This document shows positions 1-29,000 of a stretch of 64,000 bases of DNA, piece by piece; within the stretch, counting starts at the first letter, position 1; every line of letters begins with the position of its first letter. The notes under the pieces are model-generated. The model made no database searches. It was given only the letters and a program-made list of their open reading frames with translations, and was not told the DNA's origin. The translations under genes were made by a program, and so were the position numbers. This DNA comes from Chrysomallon squamiferum (lineage: Eukaryota; Animalia; Mollusca), in NCBI GenBank assembly GCA_012295275.1, contig CM022665.1:27094001-27158000 (forward strand). Reading direction: 5' to 3'.

Positions 1-584
1 TTGATGATAGGGTAAGTAAGCAGACCACATCATTCTGCTAGGGTTCTTCTGGCTGTACCAGCACAAGTCCGTGGCAATTGGCATAGGGCACTAGCTGTTG
101 CACAGGAGGCAGAAGGTGCAAAAAGCTGTTTTACTTATGCCAATGCTAGCGCAGGTTGCACTGTACCTTTTGTCTCTACAGTTTGATGCAGAAAGTTCAA
201 CATCTGTTTTCCAGTGTTCTGGTGGTTGACCAGGGAGAACATTCATTACAGTGTAGTCCTATGAAATTGCAGATACAATCCACAATTGTTCTGGTTTCCT
301 GCAGGTGTAAGGACTGATGGGGGGCGCCCTCTGCTTTAAATCTTTTTATACATGCATTTTAACCCCACTCTCCTTGTAGTGGCTAATAAGACTGTTCAGC
401 TTGTCTTGCGCTATGCTGTGTAATTATTTAAAAGTCTCTATAGTGTGAAACAAGTACTAATTAGTTGAACAGAGCTACACCTAGTAAATATATTGTCTTA
501 ACTGAGTTAGTTGGTTGGTGCATAGAACAACATAAATCAGCTTTTGGAAGAAAAAATACTACGACAAATGAAATATGTTATTAA

Positions 585-14543
<13,959 letters not shown>

Positions 14544-17500
14544 TGTTTATTTCTGACTATTGTTGACTGACTGCAGTGTCTGTGGAACATGTTCAACAAA
14601 GTATTGTCATAGCTGGTTCTTCACAGACCTTTTCTTGGACTCATCAGTTAGGATTTTATTTTATATAATGTGTATAAATCTGTACAGATCGTCTGCACAA
14701 AACTTTCTCAGATCCCTTTGTACACAGTTTTATTGTAAATTATACATATAAAATTATATAAAACTTCTGAATGAGAAAGTTTGTGGCAGGAGATAATTTT
14801 TTTTCCTTGTTATAAATTATGTCATTCAAGATGGTAAGATTTACCATTGTAAATTTCCTTCATTACTGGGTGGTGTGAGATTTGTCTCATAGGAGCTATG
14901 TGTCCTCTGGTGATTTAATGGTAGTCATAATCCCTATGGTTTCCCCAAATAGGGTATGGTCAGTATATTGTTGTGTAAGTGCATGAGTAGACAGTGTTGT
15001 TAAACCATATCATTTCATGCACCCATGGCATCTGATGGATTTACAAATGGCCAGACATCACCAAATACAGCAAGTTGTTTGAAGGGCTGTTTCTTGATGA
15101 TTTTCTGTTAAAAGAAATTCATGTATTGGTTTTGAAAAAGTAATAATAAAAATAACAAACTTACTATTATTGTAGTAAAAAAATGGTCATTTGGTTTCAC
15201 TACATCTCAGAGTGGCAGATCCCACTGAGATGGTATGACCATTATTAGCTCATATTAAAGCGCCATTCCATCCATTTTGTACAATTTGGTATTTTCCCGT
15301 TTTGTTTTGACAGCAAACTTCTCTTGCCTATGTTTACAGAATGTAATACTTACTGAGCTATCTCTAAAGTGAATTTTAAAAATGAAAATAGCTTCCCCTT
15401 CTTTCATATCAATTTTAGTTAGTTATTTTTTAATTTCAAGCTTATTAATAATTATTTTAATCAATATTACTATGCTACTATTTTATTTTTATTCATTATT
15501 TTATGCTATACAGTTTCAATATCTATTACACATAGAATTTGAATGATTGTCATAGAAACGTTCTAGTTATCTGACATGTATCATTGGTAATTGCAGAATT
15601 TCGATTTTTCTTTATTATAATTATTTTATATATATATATATATAATGTTATTACAAAAAGCTTAAAAATAATAATAAAAATAAAAAGTAATAAAATATTT
15701 TCTTGCTTTCAAAAGAAGGACTGTTTTACCACGGTCAATTACTGCTGCCAGTTCAAATATCTGATTACTGTGATAAACAAATAGGTTACAGGAATGTTGG
15801 ATGCAAAGATTAAAATACAGCTGTTTATCTTTCAAATGAATTATTGTATTTAAATAGTATTTTATGTGAACTGTGCAATATTGATTGCAATGATATATAT
15901 GGTTTTATTTTCACATGAAAATTAAAAAAACTAATTGATCCAATAATTCAAAATAGTAATTACATAGTGATGTATTCTATTTGACTTCAGTTTCTTATGA
16001 AGAATACAGTACTTGATTATGTAATTTGTACTGAAATAAAATATTTGTATTAATTATCATGGGATGGGAAAATAAAGTAATTTATACAACAAAATTAGAT
16101 TATCTTGGTATTACTTTTTCATTTAATAATTTCAGTTTACAAAATCAGAAAACAAATGTGTTTTAAATTCATTATGAAATGGAGAAACAAAAATATACTA
16201 TTGCTTAAATTTATAGCTGTAAATTTCAGTTTCTCTTTTAGTTTATAATTTCTGGTTCAAGTAAAAACACAACATTTTGGTTATAAATTTAATGAGAAGT
16301 GATAGTTAAAGAATTCATGAATAATTATTGGCAAAAGAAATATGACACTGTCAAATTTTGCATCGTGTTGGTATGAAAAACAGTCATTAATCATTGTCAA
16401 AAGGTAACAAATCTATTTAATCTCATTACATTGTAAAAAAAAAATATAGTCATTGTGTTTGTCCGTCCTATTTTGGATTATGGTCACAAAATCAGTTTTC
16501 ATTTCAGTAAGACAATCTTTTTAATTAACCGTGTGTGTTCAGTTCTTATTTCATGAATTTTACTTTAATTAAATACCTGTTTCATTGAAAGAAATATCAG
16601 TTAAGAAAAATGTTGTCTAATGTTAATTCTTCAACAGTCTTGGTATTTTTATGAACTATTTTACTTGTTTTTCAGAATATTTGGCCTAATGTGATAAACC
16701 AGCAATTTTAACTATATTGGGATGTATCTAAGGATTGTATTATTTAAGACATATTTGTTTTCAGATTCAGTTGTACAATTTTCAGCTTACATAATTATAG
16801 TGTGTATTTCTTAAATGATTTTGAAATGCCAGACAAATTCTGTAGACTATTATATTTTTATTTTTTTAAATTTATTTGTTATTATTATATTTATTTTTTT
16901 CATAAATTAAAAATTTGTTCAAATAAAGATTTGATTAGTAAAACATTTCCTTTCATTTGGCTTTCAGTGGACAAAATATTAATTCATTGTAGTCTGGTTA
17001 AGAGGTTTTATTAAATTTAACACTAAAGTAAAAGTGAGATATAAATTCATTTTATTATTTTATCTTAACGCAAGCTACTTTTATCTAGACTGTCAGATTG
17101 AAATAGTGACATTATTAATACTTTATTTATTTTTAACTTCTGGGTTAAAAGTTTCAGAGGTATGCTTGTGTAAAGAATATAAAACGGATGCACACAAAAA
17201 TATTCTTAACTTGGGCAATAAATTATAACCAGTTGAAAGGGCAGATCCTTCGAAAGAAAGAAAGAAAATTATTAAGTGGAATCTTGAAGTATGGTCATCA
17301 TATAGAATTCAGGCATTTTTATTTCAAATTTATTTATTTAAAAACGGTTGATGTTTGTTATATAAAACAAAATATCCAGAGCCAGCACAGCAGGACTTAA
17401 TGGTTAACAACAAAATTGAAAGCATTATATTTTAGCAGAACTGAATAGTACATTTTTCTGACTTAGGTTCGTTCCATAACCTATTTTTATCTAAATTTGT

Positions 17501-17980
17501 TTTATTTATTTTTGTTAAAATATTTTATTTTATTATTTTGTTTTTGTTACATAGTTTTATAAAACCAGCTTTGGTTCACATCTGCTTAGCAAACATTTTC
17601 CTGAAAAATAATTTTTACACATGAATGTTTCTGTTTTATATATGTTGTAATGTCAAAACTGTAACCATAAATGTAATTTTATAATTATAAGTGGAATATT
17701 GTATTATCCTTAACATTTTGTATAGTGGTAAATGTTAATATGCTGTGTTTTTTGTTAAAAGAAGCCACCACTAAGCATCTCTATTGTTTTCTGATTGGAA
17801 AAAAAATCACAAAATTTTATTAAAATGTGGACAGAAGAAATCATGATTTTAATCTATAAACCAAAGTGGAAATTTAAAAGATTGCAAAACATTTAAGAAA
17901 AAGCTTGGTATGGACAGAACATGAAAGAAAGTAATTATTACTTCTTTTTTTTCCCATTTCATTTTTTAAATTACATTTCA

Positions 17981-17981
17981 T

Positions 17982-18016
<35 letters not shown>

Positions 18017-18018
18017 TT
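17981..18018. repeat. (TTTA)n microsatellite
   Basis: Direct observation. Confidence 0.9.
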
Positions 18019-20838
18019 ATTTTAATGAATTAGATTACCATTTATTTATTTTTTTAAATTTAGATAATCCTGAATTTATATCAGTGATATAAAACAATAA
18101 AACCAGACATTAAAATTTAGCTTCCAGTTTCTGAGAAAACTTTAACTCTGGCATTGAATGTCACTACATTTATTTTTGTGCATATATTTGCATTTAATGC
18201 ACCAGTTTCAGAGAAAACTGTTGCACCCAGTCATGCTTGCTACTACTATTACTGCACCAGAAGGAAAAACAGTATGGAGCATAGTGGTTTGTTTTCTTTG
18301 AGGTTTTTTTGGTTGATTTTTTTTTTTTTTTTTAAGGTTTTTTTTGTAAAAATATCAATTAAACCTTAACTGAATACTACCACTGTAAGTAATTGGCTTG
18401 CATGGGACGTTGCCTACTATGTAGTGCAAAACTTAAATAGAACAAAACAACAACAAAAAAAATAATATATATATATGTATATTTCTGCTTAGTATCCTAG
18501 CTTTACTAATATGTATTTAAAAAAAAAAAAACAAGAAAAAATAAAAAAAAAAATATATAAAAAATAAAAAAAATAATGTACAAACATTATAAGTAACACA
18601 TTTTGTTGTAGATAAATAATTCTGTTTATTTTAATTATTCAAGTATAATTCAGGCCAAATCCAGTTAATTGTGGATTATTTAGAATTTTGTCATTTGTTG
18701 TATTTTTCCATTCATTTCTTCGGAATGGAGTGGTGCTTTATAAAATATAATATATTCACATACATTCTAGAGACCAATTCTTTTTCATTTTTTTATTTTA
18801 TTTTTTTGTTTGTTTGCATTGTAGAAATCAGTGCAGAATTTATTATTTATGAAGCTTTATTTTTGGGCTGAAGTTTAATTTTACCAGCTTGTGCTCTTAG
18901 GCTTTATAGAAAAGGAGAAATCGACCTTTCTGTCACATGTGATTTAGTTACAGCTCAGCTTCCCCACCCAACTCTGTTGTGTTTCTTCTTTCTTTCCTTT
19001 TCAATTTTTAAAATTTATTTTATTTTTAAAATACCAGAAAAAGAATTTCTTGTAAATAGGAAGTGTAACTTTGTGCAGTTTGTAAAGAACAATAATAAAA
19101 ACAAGAAAACAAAATGTTGTTGGTTTATATACATATGAATGTGATAGATCTTTGTATATGTAAGGATAAGTTTGTTTATTTCATTGTTAACAGAAATGAT
19201 CATTGTTTTTCAAGGCATCATCATGGATCAACCTCTAGGGAATGATAGCATCCATTAAAATGTATAAATACACAGACTTCTGTTGTGATTTCTGAACATT
19301 TCTAAATTGTTCTTTCAAAAACAGATTCATCCTGAACATTGTTATATTCAAAGCTTGTGATATATTTGTCACTGCAGTATCTGGTTTATAATGGTCAGTA
19401 ATCACCAAAAAAAAGTGGTTATCAACCCTTGATGGGTATTTATTCCAAATTGGATTCTGCAAAATTGTTGGTTATCCCAGTCTCATCTTTGCAGACATTA
19501 ATGTTGTAAATTGTTTTTGCTTTTATTTTTGTTTTGTTTTAATAAATTAATGTATATTTCATTGTGATTAAACTACTTCACAAACAAAAGAAAAAGTTCA
19601 GTATTGATCCTTCGAATAGTTTTAAACATATTTATTCATTTTTACATGGGACATAACTTTTGTACAGTGGTCAGTAGTAAAAAAAACTGATGCCAATGAT
19701 TTAATCGATTAACTAGTTCCACTGGTTGTACATATTTTTGTCACAATCATTCAGTTTAAAACGTTAACAATAGCCATGATTCTGTTGTAAGAGATAGCAG
19801 TTGTATATATGTATTACAAATACTTTACAGATTTAGAAAAAAATTCAGTAGTTTGTAAAAATTCCATGTATGACCATTTCCACTAATTTTAAAGTTGAAA
19901 AAACATATTTCAAGGTAATTATTTTTATATGGAACTGTTTTCAAATCATCCTTTTTTTTCCTGTTATGATGTGGCAGAAAAGAAATAGTGCTGAAGATTG
20001 TTAAAGGTGTTGCAGGTCAAATTCACTTTAAACAGTACTTACATTAACTTGTTGTTTTAATTTTTTTTTCAAAAGTAAACAGGGAAAAGTACAACATATG
20101 ACAGATAAACAAGCCTTTCTTTGTACAATTTGTTTTTTGGTGTTATTTTTTTTTCCAACTCCATAATAATTTTAATTTTATATATATTAAAAATTACAGA
20201 ATTAAAGTGGAAAATAATGCAGAAAAACCCTTCAGATACTACATTAGATTACAAAAATTAGTAGTACATAACAAAATACTACAATTTTTTAATGATTTCA
20301 GATGTTCAGTACTAATGACAGACAATTTAAATAAAAATTTCAGCATTGATTTTTCTTTCTTTCTTTCTTTGTTGGTCAACCCATCTTGTTACTTGTATTT
20401 GTAATACTGCAAATAGTAAATACCATACTTATGTAATACTCTTTAGCTGGTTATTTTCCTGATGTGTATTTCACAAGATGAAATGTATGATACTTGTAAA
20501 TGAAGCCTCTTATTAACAATGTTGTAATCAATTCCACCTCTTAGCAATATATCAAACGGCAAGATACAGATGAAAAATCATTCATGAAGGAAGAAAACAC
20601 ATATACATCCTAAATATCTGCTACAAAGAGATATTTCAGGATATGCTGTTTGTAAAAGTTTGTATTCAAGCTTAAGTCCTATAAACATAAAGAATCTTAG
20701 CTGGATGAATTATAGTTACAGTGGATGAAGACATGCATTAAGTCTGAATATTTATTGAAATAACAGGAATGTTTTTCAGTTATTTGAATTATATTGTGAA
20801 AGACTGGGTAATGTCAAGTTATCAGCGTGTGTCGGGTA

Positions 20839-23800
20839 TTAAAGATCATCAACTGAAGGACACCACATCTCTCCTTTAACATCTGGAAGCTCGATACATG
20901 GAAGGTCCACCATCCAAGGACGATCTGCAACAAAAGTAAATAAATAACATAAAAAAAAATAAAAAATGTATTGAATGCCATCCTTCTTATAAATAACATC
21001 TTATAAATAACACTAACTGCTTTTAGAGTTTATAAAAAGTAATTTCATACTTCCACAATGTCAGATACAGTGATCTGTTTCTTAACTAAATTCATGCTAA
21101 TTAAAAAAGTATATTACTGAAAAATGTTGATCGGACTAAAGTACAGGTCACATAATACTAAGAAATCGTCTGGTTAAAAATGATCACCATTTTTTTATAT
21201 TTTATTTTTTTGTTGGTAACACTACTGTTGAGACCTGTACAACATATGTATTGACAACTTCAAAATATCTACTTGTAACTATTCTAAAATAATATTTATA
21301 AATTGCAAATAAATGAAACAGACCTCCTGAGTCATATCTGGTGAGAGGCAAATCGTAGGGTAGTGGAAACAAATGTTCAGATGATGAAATGGCTTCTTCT
21401 GCATTTGTTGTCAGCTTAATTTTGCCCTGAAAAATTACAAAATCCCAATAAATCACATTCGGATTCATGTAAACTGCTGAGTTTGTTGGCTTCTTTTTTC
21501 TTTTTCTTTTTTTTTAAAAATATTAATAATAATTAAAAAAATTATTTTAAAATAATATAATAACCTATAAATGTATGATTCATTTTAAGTTCATACTTAA
21601 ATTATTTAGGTTGGTGTTCAAACAATGTATTAACTGTTACAAAGTTGATGACATTTACTTTTGATCTTCTGCTTTTAAAATTGCCAAAAAACAACAGGGC
21701 TACAATGTTACTTACAAAATATTTTGGAAGAAAGAGCACTCCAATTTCATATGACCTAATCATCAACTGTGTACAGTTCTTTTCAAAGGCTCCCCATGCA
21801 GCTTTTGACAAATTGGCACTGTAAAGAAAAATATCATTTATTATAAACTGGAAACCACACTTTATGTGGTATCCTCCTAACTACAGCACAAAGTTAAAAT
21901 TGATCTTTATTAAGTGAACAAAAGAAAAACAAAGATGAATTTATAAAGAAATTTCATAAATAAAATAATAAAAGATTTACTTCAATGCCTAGTAATAATA
22001 GATGATCTTCAGTTATAAACATAATTTAGAGCCTATTAACAGCTGATTATTATCTAATAAAACCAAACTCAAGTTTCATTTACCTGGTGACTATAAACCA
22101 AGCTGCTTCTGTGAAATCGGGAGATGGTCGAATGTAAGTTTTTATGTGTGGACTGGCACAGCTTCGACCTCGGCCTTCCGACTTCCACTGACTGAAATGT
22201 AAACAAACCAGTTATTTGTTTTGACAGCACTTGTACATATTTTTTAACCCCTTTAACAATATTATTTACTTTTACTTTGTAAAATTAAAAGGAAATACTA
22301 ATCCAACTAAATATGTATTTTACTTGAGCTGCTTTTTATTTATTTTTTCTTCATTTTGTTTTGTTAAATGACAACAGTTTTATATTATAGTAATTAAAAC
22401 TTAAGTTGTATTTTTCGTTGTTGCTGTTGTTTTTAAATGTGTACAATTATATTAAAAGGTGAACTAAACTTTAAAAAAAACAATTAAGGTACCGAAAGAA
22501 CTTATGGAGGTACAACTGTTTCTTTGCCGTCTTGAACTGATATGGAAGAGATCCTCCTGCCCCATATCCCTCCAGACTCAACCTTACATTATTTACAGAT
22601 GGAAACACCTAGTAAAACAGAAAAAGAACAATATATCTATGGGTTTTTTTCCACTTCTCCAGTCCAGCCATTTTCACAATAAAACAGAAACTGATGATCC
22701 ATGTTAATAGGTACAAAACATCAGTTAGTTTTACTTCTTCTTCTTTCTTTTTTCTTTCATACTTTCTTTTTTTCCTTCTTTTGACAAGCATGCCTGTATA
22801 TATATATATATATATAAGTTATTTCAATAACCTGATATTTCCACTCATGTTTCCAATAATTAAAAGTATAAAACAAACATTCCCACCGATATTTAACAGA
22901 AAATTCTATGAGACAAAAACACTGAAAAAAAAGAAGAGAGAAACTATTACCAGTAATAAATTATTTTCTGTAGAAGGTCCTGCAGTCCCTCTTGCAGTGG
23001 ACAGAGACTGCAACCATTCTTTACATAACCAGTTGTCTTTTGTTGGGCCAAGTGATCCAATACTGGAAAATTGACCAATCACAGGCCAGTTCTTAACATC
23101 AGCTGCATTGGGACCATTTTCTCTTAACACCTTAAATACAAAAATCATCAAAATGATATTAAAATCAGTATTTTGTTGTTTTTGTTTAATTTATTTTTTT
23201 TTTTAATAATAATAATAAATGAAATAATAATTATTATTATATATGTATATATTGATAAGTATTTCATTAAAATTATTTCTTGGTAATACGTCTGAGATTA
23301 CCTTGAATAGAGAAGTTAAAAAAGTCTTACTTTTCGAAGTTTCAGATGTCCAAAATTGTTTTTCTTCTCATATATATGCCTTCCAGGTACAGATCCTATG
23401 ATAAAAACCCTGAAAATATTTTAAGTCCATGAAAGTTAAATTTAACAATGTATTAAATTTATGGAAACAGAGAAAGGAAAAAATAAATACAATAATAATA
23501 ATAATAAAAAGAAAGAAAAGGAGAAAGAAACAAAAATATATTTAGACAAAATCTGATGCCAGATAACTGAGATCTCTATCAAAATGGGATACTATACATA
23601 CGGTTTACCAGTCCAAATTTAACACTAAAAATTCTTTATATGGAATCTAAATAATGAAAAAAACAACAAAAAAAATGAAAAATAATTCTGGAATAAAATC
23701 TAGAGCTAATCATTTTACTGTTAATATGTTCTAATATCAAGATTCAAACAGATAAAAATTAAATAATAATTCTATAGAGCTGAATATTTTGTTTTTAAAT

Positions 23801-26800
23801 ATTTACTTGGCACTGGACATGTCATGATTCTGAACATGTTTCTCCCAGACTCTCATCTTTGAGGATTTGTAGGTTGCCAGATATTCCAGAAGATCTTTTT
23901 TAAAGTTGGTGGCAGAATCTCCAGCAAGCTCAGAGCTGTTATTGGCAACATCCATGTCCATCTTTGGAAACAGGGGACTGATCCATGCCCTATAAAAAAA
24001 ACAAATCTTACTGATTTCTTTCACAACACCTCAGTACTTTGTGACTGTTATCCTATAAAACTGCTTTTGCTCCCAGATCAAATAAAAAATTCCAAAACAA
24101 ATTTAATGAGAATAATTTTTACTTTAAGAGACTTTGTAGGTCTTGGACAATTGAATTTAGTACATGATGATTTTTGGATAATTGGTTAAAAACAGTCACT
24201 GTAATTTCTTGTTCAAAGAATTACTAATTGGGGCATTAAATAATAATAATAATAATAATTTAAAAAAATTAATAATACATTCTCTATATTTACATTCCAG
24301 TAAAGTTTTACATTATCTCCCTATTGTGTATTTGAGTAAAATAATCATTTGTGGATGAAACAAATAATTTTAAAAACAAAAGATAAATTTTACCCTTGTG
24401 TTTTTTGGTACCAGTCATCTTCATACAAATTGGCAGTGTGGATCACAACTCTCATTCCATTATCATACATCAAAAACATCATCTTCCTTCAAATGTAAAA
24501 TAAATTATACAAATGTAAAATCAATTTTGATCAGAATTTATTTGAGTTAATTAAGTGATTTACAGATGTTTATTAATCAAATATACAGACTCCTAAATAA
24601 ATGCATATATCTTTCTCTTTCTCACACCTCCATGTGCATTCAAAAAAACACACACACACACACACACAGCCAATGTTAAAAATACTTACGAATGATGAGT
24701 TCCATACATTTCCAATTTTGCCTACAATAAAAACAAAATTAAAAATATATAATTAATATTTAAAAATAAAAATCCATATGGAAAAAACATAATTAAATAA
24801 TACTACAACTAATTAAATCTGTGTAGTACAGGTTCAGTTATTTAAATATTTCACTGTCTCTACTATTCAACATGTTTCTGAGATCTACTTGTTGGTGTTT
24901 TTCAATCAGAAAATACACCCATGACCAATATGCTTTTTGGTATATGCACAAAGATTCCCCCTCCCTCCCTGAACTGTATTCATAAGAATCAACACTATCA
25001 AGTGACTGATACTGTCATAAAGAACAGACTTTATTTGTACATGTTGTTATTTAAGAATTATTTACAGAAAGAAATCATATGCAGTGTTACCTGACAACAT
25101 GTAATGTTGGGATATGAAGAAGCTTCTGCTAACAATGATGCCAGATCTGATCGTTGTTGTCCATGTACAATAGTAAGAGGTAATTTTCTTAAGAGAGAGT
25201 AAAAAAAAATTTGAAAAATAAAAAGAAGAAATAGCAACTTATAATGTTAGAAATTATGATCTTAGTAACCTAAATAAGATTAAAAAAAACAGCTCCACTA
25301 CCAACATATGTTTAACAGAATGTTTTATTGTGTGCATTATATAAGCATTCATGAACACGCAGAAGTAATAGGGGTTAGACAGTTATTTTCCAGATCTTTA
25401 TTATTAAATTTGCAAAAATCATTCATTTCTATTTCAGGTTATTTGTTCTTTGTATTAAAATAAAAAAAAATTAAAAAAAATCTCATTAGGAACAATAAAA
25501 CAACCCAAAAAACAAAACATTTGTGAAGTAAATTATCTCTTAAATACTAGCATTAACTCAAGTTATCTACAAAAAAAGATTGTGTTAGCTCTGAGCCCTT
25601 CATATTACGCCATAAAAAACATTTAAAGATAGTATTATAAAGAGACATTCATATGCCACTAACCTAAATTCCTTTGGATACTGTTTCACAAGCCAGTCAA
25701 TGTCAATCATATAGTTGAACTGCAAAATAAGGAAATACTAGGAGATTGAAATTACTCTGTACTTTATACATATCTGACGAACACCTTGGTCATCTATCCA
25801 AACGCTTCTTATATAATGCTGTAATGAGGTGCTTCTTTTTCATTTATGGCTAAAATAAAGTCACCTCTATAATTGCTATTCATTTGATATTTTGAAAAAG
25901 AATTTTTACCTTAAAAAGAAAATCAAAATAAATTTCTTTAGAATACATACCTGACATGATTCCACAAGATTTCCCATGCTAGGTGATAATATATCTAAAA
26001 ATGCCAAAAATTATATGTCTAATTTGTATCACAAAGAAAGACTTTTTTTTTTTTAATCTGAAATGCTTTTATAAATATTTTAAAAATATGTGTTACACAG
26101 TTCTTCTACCACTTTAAATTATCAGCTATAATTATTGCTTGTAAATGTGCTACTTTTTCATTAGTAGCAATGTATTTACTTAAGAAACTTTTTTTATCTT
26201 TTTTTTTTTATAATTACTTTGTAGTAATAATGGTAACAAGCAATAAACATAAAAAAACTGAAACTTATACCTTTTATGTGAATAACTGCAAACTGATTGT
26301 GCTTATCATCAATTCCTGTAACTTTTGTCAGGAAGAAGCTGAAAGGCTGATTCTCATTATAAATTTCAAACCCATTTTTCTTGGCGTTTCTGATTTCAGT
26401 TCTTGCCTTTTTAAAAGGGCTTTCTCCAGATTCCATTTTCAATGGACCTATAAAATATAATAAATTTATTTCAGTTTTACAAATAATAGTTATTAATACT
26501 TTAAGTATCCTATAAATAAACAAACTGTATGAAAAACATATTTCTCAAAGCATATTTTATCAGTTTATCAGGAATTGAATAAAAGGGAATTTTGATCCAA
26601 TACACTTAACAGACTTCAGGTCAAAAAGTTATAGTAAAAATGTCCAAATTCTAATTATGCAGCATAACAGTAAAAGTTTTAAAAATTAATTTTGTTAATC
26701 ATTCACAATCGTAAATACACATGTGGTAACTTAGAATATTAATAATTTTTAAGAAATAGAGAACATAACTAGTTCATTTACAATAATATTAATATCATGA

Positions 26801-28155
26801 TTTGGACAGAATGGAAAACTTTGCCTTCCTCCATTTAAAAACACCCAATTCATTTAAATCAAGCTTAATATTTTAAAAAATTTTAAACTAAATTAAAACA
26901 AATTAAAATTTAAAAAAAATAAATTAATAATTTAAAATTATTTTAAGTATATAATTTGGTTAAAAAAAATAATAATAGTGACAAGGAAAAAAATGTGAAC
27001 ATAACAATAATATTTTGCTAGTACCTGAATGCCTGAATTCCTTCAAGTGAGATTCAGATTTTCTGTAGCAGTCAGATCCATATTTACAGAGAGGTCTACA
27101 GTCATCACTGATAGATTCATTATCCTCGGAACTACCTGTTAAAATAATGGTTTTCTCTCTGGTCAAAGTAGAGTCTGGTTTTCTTTTTTCCCCTGTGTTG
27201 TAATCTCTTGCTAAAGCTGATGTTACAAGGCTACTGGTTTTATCCACATTACATTTTGTTTTATTTTTCAATGCTGCAAATGATTTCATTGGCAAATCCA
27301 CAGAAGTCCTAGATGTTACAGAATGGTGACTACACTCATTGTCATCTGATTCACTGTTTGATATTTCATGTCTTTCACTGTGTTTTCTTTTAAGGGATTG
27401 TGAATCAGGACTAGTTTTATTTTCAGAAGATTTATTTTTTACATTTTGGCACTTACTGTCATTTTTTGGTATCTTATATTTAGATGGAGATGATGTCAGT
27501 TTGTTTTCCCTTTTTTGAGACTTACTATCATCTTTTGTACATTTAGTAGGTGATCTAAGTTCATTATCCAAATTTGGACATTTATTATTCTTGCGTTGTA
27601 TAGGAGATGAAATTATTTTATTTGCATGATGTGAGACTGTACTGCTAGTTTTAATTTTCTTCAACTTTATTTCACCATCATCATTATGATCACTTTCTGA
27701 CTCACTATCTGAAATTTCATGTGTTTTACTCCTTTTTTTAGTTAAAATCTTTGATTTATCTGGTGACATACTGCATTTGAGTTCTGATTCCATAACTGAG
27801 GATTTAATTATCTCTGAATTCATTTTCTTTATTTTTTCAAAAATATTTATAGTCTTTTTCTCTTCTGTGTCAAGTTTTGTTTTCAAGTTTTCCATTTTAA
27901 ACATGTAAAATAAAAAAAACTTTAATGTTTAATCAATGGGATAATTTCAACAAAATTATAAAGTTCAACAGAACAACTTTCTAATTAAAAGTTGATCACC
28001 TGAAGAATCTGTTTCTGTGTCACTTCTAGTTTCTAGAGACATAAGGTAGGCATCCTCAGCATCAAACTGAAATTGGTAACAACAACAAAAACAGATTAAC
28101 AGCTGTTTTCAATATTACTAATAACAATAAAGAATTTTATCTAGAAAGGTACATT

Positions 28156-28195
<40 letters not shown>

Positions 28196-28997
28196 CCAAC
28201 AATAATAATGATAATAATAAAATAATAAAAAAAGAGGCTTTATCATTAATGATAATGTACAGTAAAACTAGTTTCTTCTTTTATTTGTTTCTGTATTTCC
28301 TAGTAAGCCTTATAATTATAATTCAAGATAAAACAATATATTTTGGATATTATAATTATTATATTACCAGTTTCCTAAAGTATCATAAAACAAATGTAGC
28401 TAAAATTGTGCAAAGATTACCACATTAGAACATATAATCCTATTTTGTTGTTATACTTGGTTTGATATTCCAGATAAAGCTTTAGCTGTTTAATTAAATG
28501 ATACAGAAATATAATGATAATCTACAGATATTTAAAAATAAACGGTAACAAAGACTGAAAGAGCAAGTGGATTATATTTAGTAATTTACCAGTTTCAACA
28601 TTTCTGATCCAATATAAATTGAATATTTATATTACTAATAATAATACTGATTGCTCAGCATGATTCAATTTACACGATGCAGAATATCGACTACAAAATG
28701 TACCTGACTAGTCTGTAAGTCTAATGTGTTTGTGTTTGTGTGTGTGTGTGTGTTAATGCCTGTGTGTTAATTTATTGGAATTACTATCGTCAACATCTTC
28801 ATCCGTGTCACATTACAGAATCGGTGTCATGTTTAATAACACTGACTATTTTGTTATTTTATGTTTTATTAAACGTTAAGATGAACATGTGTAATACAAT
28901 TATAACAACTAAACAAAAATCATAAAAGACTAAACATATGTTATACTTTTGTTTGTAAAATTCTTGCATATTCTTCGTCATTCATTTTAGCCGCCAT
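20839..28997 (-). CDS. TDP1: Tyrosyl-DNA phosphodiesterase 1 with N-terminal extension and PBZ zinc finger
   Basis: Exons 28947-28997 ([17 protein letters not shown]), 28000-28066, ~27025-27864, 26271-26447, 25951-25994, 25664-25719 ([10 protein letters not shown]), 25091-25187, 24690-24721 (YGTHHS), 24394-24486 (KMMFL..HTANL), 23807-23989, 23331-23409 (SVPG), 22951-23130 ([10 protein letters not shown]), 22493-22608, 22084-22191 (PHIKTY), 21716-21818 ([17 protein letters not shown]), 21324-21426 (PLPYDLP), 20839-20924. Both catalytic HKN motifs present; the first two exons are less certain. Confidence 0.95.
28157..28225. repeat. (AAC)n/(AAT)n microsatellite
   Basis: Direct observation. Confidence 0.9.
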
Positions 28998-29000
28998 TTT
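28991..29000 (-). promoter_or_regulatory. YY1-like motif overlapping the TDP1 start codon
   Basis: ccgccatttt on + strand = AAAATGGCGG on - strand. Confidence 0.5.
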
